From assembly GCA_963729625.1 (NCBI GenBank), contig CAVSOU010000007.1, forward strand, positions 576,001 to 640,000: 64,000 nucleotides of DNA, read 5' to 3'. A program made the translations under genes and the position numbers. Shown one piece after another: positions 39,045-48,165 of the stretch (within the stretch, counting starts at the first letter, position 1; the number at the start of each line of letters is the position of its first letter). Source of the DNA: an uncultured bacterium (GTDB taxonomy: Bacteria; Chloroflexota; UBA5177; JANWHV01). The notes under the pieces are model-generated. The model saw only the letters and a program-made list of their open reading frames with translations. It was not told the DNA's origin and did no database searches.

Positions 39045-39698
39045 CTATGCAAACAAAGCGCCAAGTGCAATGGCGGTTGAGACCACATACTGAGGAGTAT
39101 CGCTACTGAAGTGTCGGGACGTTTCACCATCCCTGGGTACCTCGGCAACCAGCTTGACGAGGGGATGTCCCGTGAACTCAATAGCGACAAAGCTGCCAGG
39201 CCCCTGAATCCATCGAGCCCGTAGTGTGCTGTCCGGGGTGAGAGTGATTTTGGGCATGCCCTGCTCAGGATAATCGAGAAAGAAGCGCCTGAACTGCTGT
39301 AGAGAAGCGGCCGAGATGCTTTCATCTTCTGCGAGAGCGTCTCGATAGAGTTGGATTAGCCGCTCAGCGATTTGCCGATCACGTGGCACATTGACGCTGA
39401 GGTGGAGTGCCAGGATCGTCTCATAGACCAACTCGGCGCTGGAAGGCTCATCACGGATGACTGGGGACAGCAGGTAAACTGTGCGTCGGGGCGTAATGGA
39501 TGGCTCCTCGTGAAAATGTGGAGACCCCAAATAGAGACGCGGTGAGGCTGCTTTCGCGAAGGCGATATGCCGTACCACAGCGCGCTGTATGTCGCTTCCT
39601 TCAGATTCGAGTAGTTCTTCAGGAAGTGCTGTCCCGGTGAAGCTGTCTCTGGCGAATGGCCTTTGGAAAGGCTTGACGAAAGTAGTAGGAGCGGTCAT
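39045..39698 (-). CDS. Hypothetical 217-aa protein; putative antitoxin
   Basis: ATGA-coupled to the upstream gene; Pro/Ser-rich N-half and compact C-terminal domain (RLIQL...SLQQF...PKITLTPDSTLRARW...IEF). Confidence 0.65.
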   Translation of the reverse strand: MTAPTTFVKPFQRPFARDSFTGTALPEELLESEGSDIQRAVVRHIAFAKAASPRLYLGSPHFHEEPSITPRRTVYLLSPVIRDEPSSAELVYETILALHLSVNVPRDRQIAERLIQLYRDALAEDESISAASLQQFRRFFLDYPEQGMPKITLTPDSTLRARWIQGPGSFVAIEFTGHPLVKLVAEVPRDGETSRHFSSDTPQYVVSTAIALGALFA

Positions 39699-40525
39699 CG
39701 CGGCTTCCATATTTCTTGCTGCACATGTTTGTCTGCTGCGTCAAGGAACAGCTGGTAGATAGCATCGTGGGCTGACTCATACCAAGCACGCGCTGCCTCC
39801 AGAGAGAGATCGCTTGGAGCGCCGTGCGCTTTCAATTCCAGGACAGCAATCGCCTCCTGTGTATCTACCCGCTTGCCGGTTCGGGTGGAGAGATCAATTA
39901 CGAGGGTCGGATTCAGCCGATAGGTGGCGGTTGCATTTAGTCCTACCAGGGTTCTGCCATCTGTCTGAGCCCCGTACAGGCTTGTTACGAGCGGCAATAC
40001 GCTACCGAGCCTGTCCAGCGTTGTGAAACCTTGGGCGGAGCCTATGAGATTCACGTAGGTCACCTCACAGCGCTGGATAAGGTCAAGCTTCCCCAAGCCC
40101 GACCCTTCAAGGAAGCTCTTGTACTCGTCAAGCTCCTTCCAGAAATCTTCCACCACCCTCTCGTAGTGGGGGTAGTCTCCCGGACCGTCAGTTAGGCTGC
40201 GCCGCCAATTGAGCATGAATGCGTTGCGCTGTACCTGGATTAGCGTCTGGTGAAGTTCGCTGAAAAACCAGAAGCGAGGCAGAGGGAAGACATCGCCGGG
40301 AGCCTCAATCATTGCCGTAGGCTGTTGCTGGTCATCAGGAGCGACAATCGGAATTTGCTGGGTGCAGCTTGGGTATCTGTCGCGGATGCGGTTCCAATAG
40401 AGGCCGATGTGCTGGGCCCTTAGCTCCAGTATCGGAAGATGATGCAGAGCAATCACCAGTTCGTTGATCGGGGGGTTCTCGAACTTAATGCGCGCTTTGC
40501 TTGCTTTCGGCGATGGTGTCCCCAT
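39695..40525 (-). CDS. TIGR04255-family protein
   Basis: FENPPINE, PRFWF, LIQVQRNAFMLNWR, YPHYE, YVNLI and AHDAIYQLF match my recollection of this family; AGGAGG RBS. Confidence 0.75.
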   Translation of the reverse strand: MGTPSPKASKARIKFENPPINELVIALHHLPILELRAQHIGLYWNRIRDRYPSCTQQIPIVAPDDQQQPTAMIEAPGDVFPLPRFWFFSELHQTLIQVQRNAFMLNWRRSLTDGPGDYPHYERVVEDFWKELDEYKSFLEGSGLGKLDLIQRCEVTYVNLIGSAQGFTTLDRLGSVLPLVTSLYGAQTDGRTLVGLNATATYRLNPTLVIDLSTRTGKRVDTQEAIAVLELKAHGAPSDLSLEAARAWYESAHDAIYQLFLDAADKHVQQEIWKPR

Positions 40526-40685
40526 TCAGCCTCCTAGTGGTTTCCTAAGGAATATCATAAATGTATCCAAACTTCTACCCCACGTTCATTATGTTCTCAT
40601 TAAGTATCGATGCACCTCTTGGCTAGGAGCGCGTTCAGAAAAGAGCTTGCCGCCTAATGGCACCGCCTATGCGACTGCCTGAGTT

Positions 40686-41083
40686 TCGACCACGGTGGTC
40701 GACCTCGGTGCCGGCATCGGATGGTTCTCGCTTGCGGCCGCGCGGCGGTTTGGGCAGGTTACCGCCGGGGACATCTCGCCGGCCATGATCGAGCGCCTTC
40801 GTGCACGCGCAGACGAAGCGGGCCTGGCGAACCTCCGCTCCGTGCAGCCGGTCTCCTCACCTATGTACACACCGACCCGCCGGCTGCGGGCGTCTACACG
40901 CGGAACGTGCTGCACCATCTGCCCGACTTCTGGAAGGCCATGGCGCTCTCGCGGATCGCCCGCATGCTGCAGCCAGGCGGCATCCTGCGCCTTAAGGATC
41001 TGATCTATGACTTCGAGCCGTCACAGGCCGAGGCCGTCTTCGGCCTGTGGCTCGACGGTGCCGCCCAGGACCCGGCAAGCCTG
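40686..41083 (+). pseudogene. Class I SAM-dependent methyltransferase pseudogene
   Basis: VVDLGAG and DISPAM in one frame; AGLLTY, RNVLHHLPDFWK and PGGILRLKD in another (frameshift near 40847); N-terminus missing. Confidence 0.85.
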
Positions 41084-41103
41084 AATACGCGACCGCGTCG
41101 ATT

Positions 41104-42747
41104 CTAGCCCAGGATGGTTGCCAGGTCCGCGGCGGCAGTAGTGATGGGCTTGATCGCGTAGGCATCAACCAGGACCTGCAGCACGGCCGGAGTGACGAAG
41201 GCGGGCAGCTTGGGACCGACTCGGATGTTCTTGATGCCGAGTGAGAGCAACGAGAGCAAGATCGCGACGGCCTTCTGTTCATACCAGGACAGCACCAGCG
41301 AGAGCGGCAGCTCGTTCACGGAGCAGTTGAAGGCGCCGGCCAGGGCCACGGCGATCTGTACGGCTGAATATGCATCGTTGCACTGGCCCACATCGAGCAG
41401 ACGGGGTAGGCCCGCGACGGTGCCGAAGTCGTGCTTGTTGAAGCGATACTTGCCGCAGGCGAGGGTCAGCAGCATGGTGTCGGAGGGCAGCAGCTCGGCC
41501 AGCTCGGTGTAGTAGTTGCGGCCGGACTCCGCGCCGTCGCAGCCGCCGATCAGGAAGAAGTGGCGGATGGCGCCGCTCTTCACCGCGTCCACCACCTGAC
41601 CGGCCACGCCAAGCACCGCCTCGTGGCCAAAGCCAACCAGGATCGTCCGCGCCGGCTCGTCGGCGACAAAGCCGGGCGCGGCCAGCGCAGCCTCGATCAG
41701 CGGTGCGAACTGGCGATCGCCGATGTGGCGCACCGAGGGCCAGGCGACCAGGCCGGAGGTGAAGATTCGGTGCAGATACGTTGGTCTGGGCTCCTGGATG
41801 CAGTTGGTGGTTACCAGGATGGCACCCGGGAAAGCCTCGAACTCGCGTGCCTGATCCTGCCAGGCACCTCCATAATTGCCCACCAGGTGCGGGTAGGCGT
41901 GCAGCGCGGGATAGCCATGAGCCGGAAGCATCTCGCCGTGCGTATAGACGTTGATGCCTGTACCCACAGTCTGCTTGAGGACGTCTTCCAGATCCCTCAG
42001 ATCGTGCCCGGAGACCAGAATTGCCTTTCCGGTCACCGGCGTGACACGCACCGGCGTGGGCGTTGGGTGACCAAAGGCGCCGGTGTTCGCGGCGTCGAGC
42101 AAAGCCATTACCTTCAAGTTCAGCTCGCCAACCGCCAGGCAGCGGCGAGTCAGCTCCGCGACAGTCGGCTCGGGACGGGTCAGGTAGTCGAGGTGTTCGT
42201 GGAAGGCGGCGTAGATCTCGTCATCCTCACGTCCCAGTACGCGGGCATGCTCCGCGTAGGCAGCCGTCCCCTTCAGGCCATAGGTCAGCAGCTCTTGCAG
42301 GCCGGTGATGTCCGGGCCGTGCGCTGCCAGACGGGCGAGCAGGGTGACGGCGCGGCCTTGATCCACAAGCTCGGCCAGGCCGGCGGCCGGTCGCCAGGAC
42401 GCCGCACCGGCCAGGATCTCTGCAGGCATGGCCGCCTGTTCGCAGGCACGCTGGTAGAGGGCCCGCGCGCGCGCCTGCATCGCGGCCGCGCGGTCCAGCC
42501 ATTCTGCCATGCGCTCCGGATCAAAGTCCACGTTGGTCATGGTGGTGAACAGCGCTTCGACGATGAAGACATTCACCTCGCGATCCACCGCGCCCAGCCG
42601 CTGCGCCCGATGCGCGTACATGGCCACGCCCTTGCAAGCATGGACGAGCAGGTCTTGCAGGGCGGCTATTTCGGGCGTCTTGCCACATACGCCCAGCACA
42701 TCGCAACCCTTGCCTCTGGCTGTCTGCTCGCATTGATAACAGAACAT
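41104..42747 (-). CDS. hcp: Hybrid cluster protein (hydroxylamine/NO reductase)
   Basis: MFCYQCEQT (Cx2Cx8Cx5C), SGHD, THGEM, TTNC, GGCDG, GQCND and SWYEQKA motifs. Confidence 0.97.
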   Translation of the reverse strand: MFCYQCEQTARGKGCDVLGVCGKTPEIAALQDLLVHACKGVAMYAHRAQRLGAVDREVNVFIVEALFTTMTNVDFDPERMAEWLDRAAAMQARARALYQRACEQAAMPAEILAGAASWRPAAGLAELVDQGRAVTLLARLAAHGPDITGLQELLTYGLKGTAAYAEHARVLGREDDEIYAAFHEHLDYLTRPEPTVAELTRRCLAVGELNLKVMALLDAANTGAFGHPTPTPVRVTPVTGKAILVSGHDLRDLEDVLKQTVGTGINVYTHGEMLPAHGYPALHAYPHLVGNYGGAWQDQAREFEAFPGAILVTTNCIQEPRPTYLHRIFTSGLVAWPSVRHIGDRQFAPLIEAALAAPGFVADEPARTILVGFGHEAVLGVAGQVVDAVKSGAIRHFFLIGGCDGAESGRNYYTELAELLPSDTMLLTLACGKYRFNKHDFGTVAGLPRLLDVGQCNDAYSAVQIAVALAGAFNCSVNELPLSLVLSWYEQKAVAILLSLLSLGIKNIRVGPKLPAFVTPAVLQVLVDAYAIKPITTAAADLATILG

Positions 42748-42988
42748 GGTGCTTCTCCTTCTCACAATAGGCGGCAAGGATTCGTCTCCGTCCCTCGCCT
42801 CGACGTCATCCACGGTGCGCCGGTCGAGCGGATTCCCTGATAGTGACCCGGCGGTCTCCGCCGGTCGGATCCTGGCCGATAGCGGCCTCGTTCTTGCTCA
42901 CGTGCACGCACCAAAGAGGCAGTGATCCGCGCGCGTACATGTCACGCGTCGTCCTGTACGAGTATCGTGCCCTTCCACGGCGCGGCGC

Positions 42989-43004
42989 TGTGACTTGCAT
43001 CACA
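42989..43004. promoter_or_regulatory. Crp/Fnr box between hcp and the regulator gene
   Basis: Perfect TGTGA-CTTGCA-TCACA; -10-like GATACT on the minus strand at 42961-42966. Confidence 0.85.
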
Positions 43005-43209
43005 ATTCAGCCCTATCCGCCCGCCGATTTGTCGAGGGAGCCACCTGCCGCCGCGACCGCTCCAGGCGCGTAGTCAGACTCTCTGACACATACAGAACGG
43101 CAGAAGTCCCGAGCATGTGCTATTCTGGCATTCTATTGGAGTGACAGTGGCCGACCAGTGCACGATATCCGCGCATAGTACGGGCAATGCCCAATGGAAA
43201 GCACATGCC

Positions 43210-43956
43210 ATGACCCCGAAGTCAACCAACGATCTCCGGCTGCGCTACCTGCGCGCCGTGCCCTACTTCGCGGGACTCACTGGGCCTGAGCTCCGGGCAC
43301 TGGCGGCGCAGTGCAGCTCGCGGACGTTCGATGCGGGTGAATCCATCTTGCTGGAAGGGGAGGCCACGGAGGGGCTTTACGTCGTTCTCTCAGGAAAAGT
43401 GCGCGTGTTCAAGAGCTCGCCGGAGGGGCGCGAGCAAGTCCTGATCGTGGTGGCGCCAGGCGAGACATTTAACGATGTTCCAGTGTTTGACGACGGACCC
43501 AGCCCTGCCAGTGCCGACGCCCTGGGATCGGGCACCGGAGTGTGCCTGGTGCCCAGATCGGTAGTAGCGCACCTGCTGGCGACAAATTCGGTAGTTGCTG
43601 TGAGCGTCGCCAAGGCACTTGCCTCGCGGCTGCGCCATCTGACCGTGTTGGTTGAGGATCTCTCGCTGCGGCAAATCATTCAGCGCGTTGCGCGGCTGCT
43701 GCTGGAGGAATCGGCGAGCGGATCGGGCTCGATTCAACTCACACATCAAGAAATGGCCGCGCGCGTCGGCACCGCGCGCGAGGTCGTCAGCCGCGCCCTG
43801 CGCGAGCTCGAGAGTCGCGGCGCCATTTCACGCGACGATTCCCGTGCCATCCGGGTCAATTCTCCCAGATTGGAGGCTCTCCTCCATCAAGTCCCGGAAA
43901 GGGAAGATGACCAGCTACCGGCGGGCCAGCGAGATTACACAACACGCTCGCTATAA
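43210..43956 (+). CDS. Crp/Fnr-family regulator (HcpR/Dnr-like)
   Basis: cNMP-binding fold (LYVVLSGKVRVFK, PGETF) and HTH THQEMAARVGTAREVVSRAL; divergent from hcp; no N-terminal Cys cluster. Confidence 0.92.
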   Translation: MTPKSTNDLRLRYLRAVPYFAGLTGPELRALAAQCSSRTFDAGESILLEGEATEGLYVVLSGKVRVFKSSPEGREQVLIVVAPGETFNDVPVFDDGPSPASADALGSGTGVCLVPRSVVAHLLATNSVVAVSVAKALASRLRHLTVLVEDLSLRQIIQRVARLLLEESASGSGSIQLTHQEMAARVGTAREVVSRALRELESRGAISRDDSRAIRVNSPRLEALLHQVPEREDDQLPAGQRDYTTRSL

Positions 43957-44432
43957 TCCTGCTCGATCTTGTTGAGCAGGCCTCGGACACGCGGGCTGCC
44001 CAGGTACATGTACACGTAGCTAAGCAGTTGCTCCGTCTCAATCGGCTTTGTGAGGTACTCGTTGGCGTGAGCCAGCCTCGCCTTGACCCTGGGAATGAGC
44101 CCCTTGGACGTGGTAAGCACGATAATCGGCGTGCCCTTGAGAATGCTCGTCTTCAGCTGCCGGCATACTTGCAAGCCACTGATCTTCCTGCCGAGCTTTG
44201 GCTTGCCGTGCTTATCCACGTCGCCGGTCGGCGGCCGCTCAAGGTTGACCTCCAGCAGGATCAACTTCGGCCGCTTGGTGAAGGCCACGGCAAGCGCGTC
44301 CCGAGCGTTAATCGCCCAGTACAGTTCATATTCATCTGCCAGGGCAAGGCGGAGATGGCGGCGGTGTGTCTTCGACGCTTCAACGACAAGGATGCTCGGT
44401 CGCTCGAGGTCTGTTCCAGCCATGTTCGTCAT
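43935..44432 (-). CDS. Stand-alone atypical receiver-domain protein
   Basis: REC fold (ILVVE, PKLILLEV, GLQVCRQLK, PIIVLT, YLTKP) with the phospho-Asp replaced by Glu. Confidence 0.85.
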   Translation of the reverse strand: MTNMAGTDLERPSILVVEASKTHRRHLRLALADEYELYWAINARDALAVAFTKRPKLILLEVNLERPPTGDVDKHGKPKLGRKISGLQVCRQLKTSILKGTPIIVLTTSKGLIPRVKARLAHANEYLTKPIETEQLLSYVYMYLGSPRVRGLLNKIEQDYSERVV

Positions 44433-44671
44433 TCTCGATGCCTCCCAGAGCCTGAAGGAATAGGGATTATGCCGCGCTCACACGATGCATTATGTGTGGC
44501 TTGCCACCTCCTTCCACCATAGCACAGTTCAGGTGAATGGCGCGCACCCGCCTTCACGCGGAATTGCCTCGGGCGAGGCGCGCGTCGCGGCCCTGGGGGG
44601 TACGAGAACGCCGTGCAATCGGGCCCTGGTAGCCGCCAGATGGGCAATCTACTATGATGCAAGCCGAAGTA

Positions 44672-45382
44672 CTATGTGCGCCGATCCAGCTCTCGACGCA
44701 GGCGCTCGATCTCGACCTCAGCCCGCCGGAGCGCCTCCGCTTCAGCTCGGTGCGCCTGCGCCTCCTGCTCAGGTGTCAGCAGCAGCCGGCCGTCTGCCGT
44801 CTGAGCCTGCAACATGTTGTCGAGAACCGCCAGACGGAGACCCAGGACACCGCTCCACAAGCTGCCGTCCTCCGCGACTTGCCAGGGCACAAACCGCCCG
44901 CCCTCGCCGCGCTGAAAGCCGGCAATGGACGAGACGCCCCTGGTCCGTGGCGTGAACAGCAGATACTCGCGAGCGCCAAGCAAGTCGTACGCTCGCACTT
45001 TCTCTTCCCTGTCCCGCCTGATGCTCGAGGGCGAGACCACCTCCAGCACGAACGCGGGAAAAACGCCTTCCCTGGTCACGTCGAAGGATGCGCGCGTGCG
45101 CTCCGGTACGAAAGCCACGAAGGTGTCGGGAGCCAGTTGCTTCTTGCGCTTGGACGTACCCCACGTGTAGCGAATCGGCAGCATAGCGGCCACGTACCAG
45201 GGCAGGTGGTGCGCGTGCGCGTGTGTTCGCAAGCTGTGCGCAAAACTGCTGGCCGACCAAAACTGCGTGTCACCCATTATCATCCAGGGTGCATCCTCGG
45301 TGTCGTCCTCCAGCAGAAGCATGAACAGCTCATCTTCTTGTGCCTTCGTCAGAGGTGGCTCCCGCCACGGTGCCGCCGACAT
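44672..45382 (-). CDS. Uma2-family endonuclease
   Basis: APDTFV, VLEVVSPS, DREEKVRAY and EYLLF motifs; coiled-coil tail. Confidence 0.9.
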   Translation of the reverse strand: MSAAPWREPPLTKAQEDELFMLLLEDDTEDAPWMIMGDTQFWSASSFAHSLRTHAHAHHLPWYVAAMLPIRYTWGTSKRKKQLAPDTFVAFVPERTRASFDVTREGVFPAFVLEVVSPSSIRRDREEKVRAYDLLGAREYLLFTPRTRGVSSIAGFQRGEGGRFVPWQVAEDGSLWSGVLGLRLAVLDNMLQAQTADGRLLLTPEQEAQAHRAEAEALRRAEVEIERLRRELDRRT

Positions 45383-45426
45383 CGCAACTCCTCCCAGGAT
45401 ATGGTCCGTCGAATCGAGTATACCAT

Positions 45427-45454
45427 TGTCATCATTCTGTCATTTCAGTGTATT
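45427..45454 (+). promoter_or_regulatory. OmpR/PhoB-type 11-bp direct-repeat box
   Basis: TGTCAT (45427), TGTCAT (45438), TGTATT (45449). Confidence 0.5.
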
Positions 45455-45584
45455 AGCATGGACGTGTGGCGGGCGCTCAGGCTCCGGCCGGTGCTTTGAT
45501 CTGCTGGGCAGTGCGCGCGTTTTCAGGGAATTCCGTCGATCTCATCGGCGCGATCGCCGGGCAGGCAAGGGAGGGATTGGTTAC

Positions 45585-45995
45585 GTGCAACAGTTGGCTT
45601 CATTTGCGTCGTCCCTTTTCACTCGAATCACGCACTGGCTCGTAATTCGGAACGGTGCGCGTTATGTCCTTGCCGGTACGGTTGGCCTGGCCGCTCTGGG
45701 CGCGGTTGTCTCCAGCCAGGCCGCGCCCAGCCCGACGTCCACACCGTCCGCCTTGCACGTGAGCGGTGTCAGCAACAATCATGACGGTTGGTATGGCGGG
45801 CATCACCGCCACCACTTCGGCGGATACTATTTCGGACGGCACCACGGTTTTGACAGCACGTGGCCCAACGCGTCCGGCAGCGGGGGGAACGGCTACGTGT
45901 ATCAGGGCCGGTACGGCTACACGTACCAGGGCCAGAACGGCTATGTGTACCAGGGCCAGGGCGGCAACTTCGCTCAAGGTGGCAGTGGCTACTGA
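45585..45995 (+). CDS. Small exported Gly/Tyr/Gln/His-rich repeat protein
   Basis: GGGAGG RBS and GTG start; hydrophobic signal/TM; His-rich patch; 8-aa repeats xGY(V/T)YQG(R/Q). Confidence 0.7.
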   Translation: MQQLASFASSLFTRITHWLVIRNGARYVLAGTVGLAALGAVVSSQAAPSPTSTPSALHVSGVSNNHDGWYGGHHRHHFGGYYFGRHHGFDSTWPNASGSGGNGYVYQGRYGYTYQGQNGYVYQGQGGNFAQGGSGY

Positions 45996-46289
45996 TCAGG
46001 CCAGCGAATCGGCGTTGGCAGCCCGGTCGACTCTGCTCGCACTATCGACCTGATCCCGTCTTGACTGCTTTGCTCGTTACGCGGCGGTATCCCGTGGCGT
46101 GCCGGTTCCTTGCCGCGGCGGTAGCCATTCGCGAGCAGTTCACGTCCGAACCGAGGATAGCGGGCGCGCGGTTTTAGAGGGTACTCGAGCGCGCATATCG
46201 GCGACGATGGGGTCTGCTCGCCGAGCTGTCGCTCGCACGGGCTCAACGCGGGGTACTGGTCAAGCGAGATGGTGACGCCGAGGCGCCGA

Positions 46290-47177
46290 CTAGGCGATCG
46301 CGTGTTCCGGCGCCGCGAAGCGCGTCAACAGCGGGCGATGATCGGAAGCGGTCACCGCCGCGGGCAGATCCACGACCTCGCACGATAGCAGCCACGTGCG
46401 CAGAACGGCAGGGGCAAACACGTAGTCGATGCGAATTGCCGGATCCGGCGCAGGAAAGGTATGACCAGGCTCATCGGGATGCAGGTAACGGAAGCAATCG
46501 ATATATCCCGCGTCGAGCACTTGCCGGACCAAGTGCCGTGGCAGCAGCGTTTCACCGGTGAACAGACCGCTCCGCGCGCCGCGATCCAGCAGAGCGCCGA
46601 TTGTCATTTGCCGCACTCTGCGCGGCGCGCCAATCTCGGCCCCGGCCATGCGATTGGCGTAGTGTGCCGTCAGGTTCTTGAATATGATGGTATCGCCCGG
46701 CGCCAGCGAATTGCAGTCGCCAAACATGAGGTGCGGGGTGGTCGCGCGGGGACCAATGCTCTGAAGAATGGCATCCATCTCTCGCAGCCGTCGCCGCTCG
46801 CCGCCGATTGTGGCCGTGGCATTGAGGTGAATGACGAACAGCGTGAAATCAGTTTGGCCGGGTAGACGCACCTGCACCTCGAGCAAGGTCTTGCGCAGGA
46901 TCCCCGGATGCGGGTGGTTGCGGCTGCGGACGATCGGGAAGCGGCTGAGAAACGCCACGTGGTGAATTGTGTTCGCCACCCCGAACACGTAGCCCATGCC
47001 AAGTGCGTCGGCCAGGCGCGCGACCGCAAGCTCGTCGTCGGCTTCCTGTATGCCCAGGAGATCCGGGCGTACGTCTCGCACCACGCTGGTGATCGGCTCC
47101 ATGCGCCCCGCGCCGCCCAAAAAGATGTTGTAAGACATCAGCGAGAAGCTGGCCGGCCGATCTGCGAGGTTTGTCAC
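46290..47177 (-). CDS. Endonuclease/exonuclease/phosphatase family protein
   Basis: SYNI, IQE, HL, GDCN, RIDYVF and ASDHRP motifs. Confidence 0.92.
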   Translation of the reverse strand: MTNLADRPASFSLMSYNIFLGGAGRMEPITSVVRDVRPDLLGIQEADDELAVARLADALGMGYVFGVANTIHHVAFLSRFPIVRSRNHPHPGILRKTLLEVQVRLPGQTDFTLFVIHLNATATIGGERRRLREMDAILQSIGPRATTPHLMFGDCNSLAPGDTIIFKNLTAHYANRMAGAEIGAPRRVRQMTIGALLDRGARSGLFTGETLLPRHLVRQVLDAGYIDCFRYLHPDEPGHTFPAPDPAIRIDYVFAPAVLRTWLLSCEVVDLPAAVTASDHRPLLTRFAAPEHAIA

Positions 47178-47237
47178 GGACTACCTAGAGGCGTTGCGCC
47201 CGGCGAGAGGCATGGCCAAGCGAAGAAGAAAATGGGG

Positions 47238-47310
47238 CAGGGGCGGCAGGATTCGAACCCGCAACCGACGGTTTTGGAGACCGTTGCACTGCCAATTGTG
47301 CTACACCCCT
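47238..47310 (-). tRNA. tRNA-Trp(CCA)
   Basis: AGGGGTGTAGCACAATTGGC...CTCCAAA...GGTTCGAATCC...CCCCTG cloverleaf. Confidence 0.96.
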
Positions 47311-47316
47311 GTGCGG

Positions 47317-47389
47317 TGGAGCTGAGGGGACTCGAACCCCTGACCCCTGCGATGCGAACGCAATGCTCTCCCAACTGAGCTACAGCCCC
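47317..47389 (-). tRNA. tRNA-Ala(CGC)
   Basis: GGGGCTGTAGCTCAGTTGGGAGAGC...TTCGCAT...GGTTCGAGTCC...AGCTCCA; G3:U70 pair. Confidence 0.96.
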
Positions 47390-47399
47390 GCGCCACAGT

Positions 47400-47427
47400 A
47401 GTATACCGCACCTCGCCAAACCGTCAA
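47400..47427 (-). promoter_or_regulatory. tRNA operon promoter
   Basis: TTGACG-16-TATACT immediately upstream of tRNA-Ala. Confidence 0.75.
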
Positions 47428-47591
47428 TGGCGTGCTTCTAAGGGCCGGCGCGCCGCACCACATCGCCCGAGCCATTCAATTAATACATTAACTCTATTGA
47501 ATTACTAGACAAGAATGGAGTACCCTGGAGTTGCACCACCTGACTGTGGGTGGAGGTCATGAATGGAAGCAGCTGAGAGGACGTAGAAGCG

Positions 47592-48080
47592 ATGAGTGTT
47601 GCCGACGAGCTGGTGCATGCCAACAATGCGTATGCCGCCTCATTCACCAAAGGCAACCTGCCGATACCACCGGGAAAACACGTGGCTATCGTCGCCTGCA
47701 TGGACGCCAGGCTCGATCCCGCGCGGGCCCTCGGACTGCAAGAGGGCGACGCCCACGTCATTCGCAATGCCGGCGGATGCGCGGCCGACGCTATCCGCTC
47801 GCTCGTTATCTCGCAGCAGTTGCTGGGCACCCGCGAGGTCATGATCGTGCATCATACAGACTGCGGCATGCTCACCTTTACCGACGAGCAGTTGAAGAAT
47901 CAGGTAGAAAAGAACCTGGGCGCGCGCCCTTCGACACCGTTTCACGCGTTTGCTGACCTGGATCAGAGCGTTCGTGACGACGTGGAAGAGGTCAGGTCAT
48001 CGCCATACTTGATCAAGGACATTACCGTACGCGGCTTCATCTACGATGTGAAGACGGGTCGCGTGCGCGAGGTGGTGTAA
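47592..48080 (+). CDS. Beta-class carbonic anhydrase (clade D-like)
   Basis: CMDAR, RNAGG and HHTDCG zinc ligands. Confidence 0.95.
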   Translation: MSVADELVHANNAYAASFTKGNLPIPPGKHVAIVACMDARLDPARALGLQEGDAHVIRNAGGCAADAIRSLVISQQLLGTREVMIVHHTDCGMLTFTDEQLKNQVEKNLGARPSTPFHAFADLDQSVRDDVEEVRSSPYLIKDITVRGFIYDVKTGRVREVV

Positions 48081-48165
48081 AACCAGAATGCTCGCTTTCC
48101 CGACGAGCACCGCCGACTGCCCTGGCTCGGCGGGCTCGCGGGCGCGGTTCGCCAAGCACCGTCCT

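Noticed and set aside
39044-39325. Upstream extension of the ART-like ORF to 243 aa
   Set aside because: Overlaps the middle gene out of frame; the coupled ATG at 39043 is more plausible
41431-42840. 469-aa plus-strand ORF
   Set aside because: Antisense shadow of hcp
47230-47400. tRNA genes as an integration site
   Set aside because: No duplicated tRNA 3' end or integrase seen in the window
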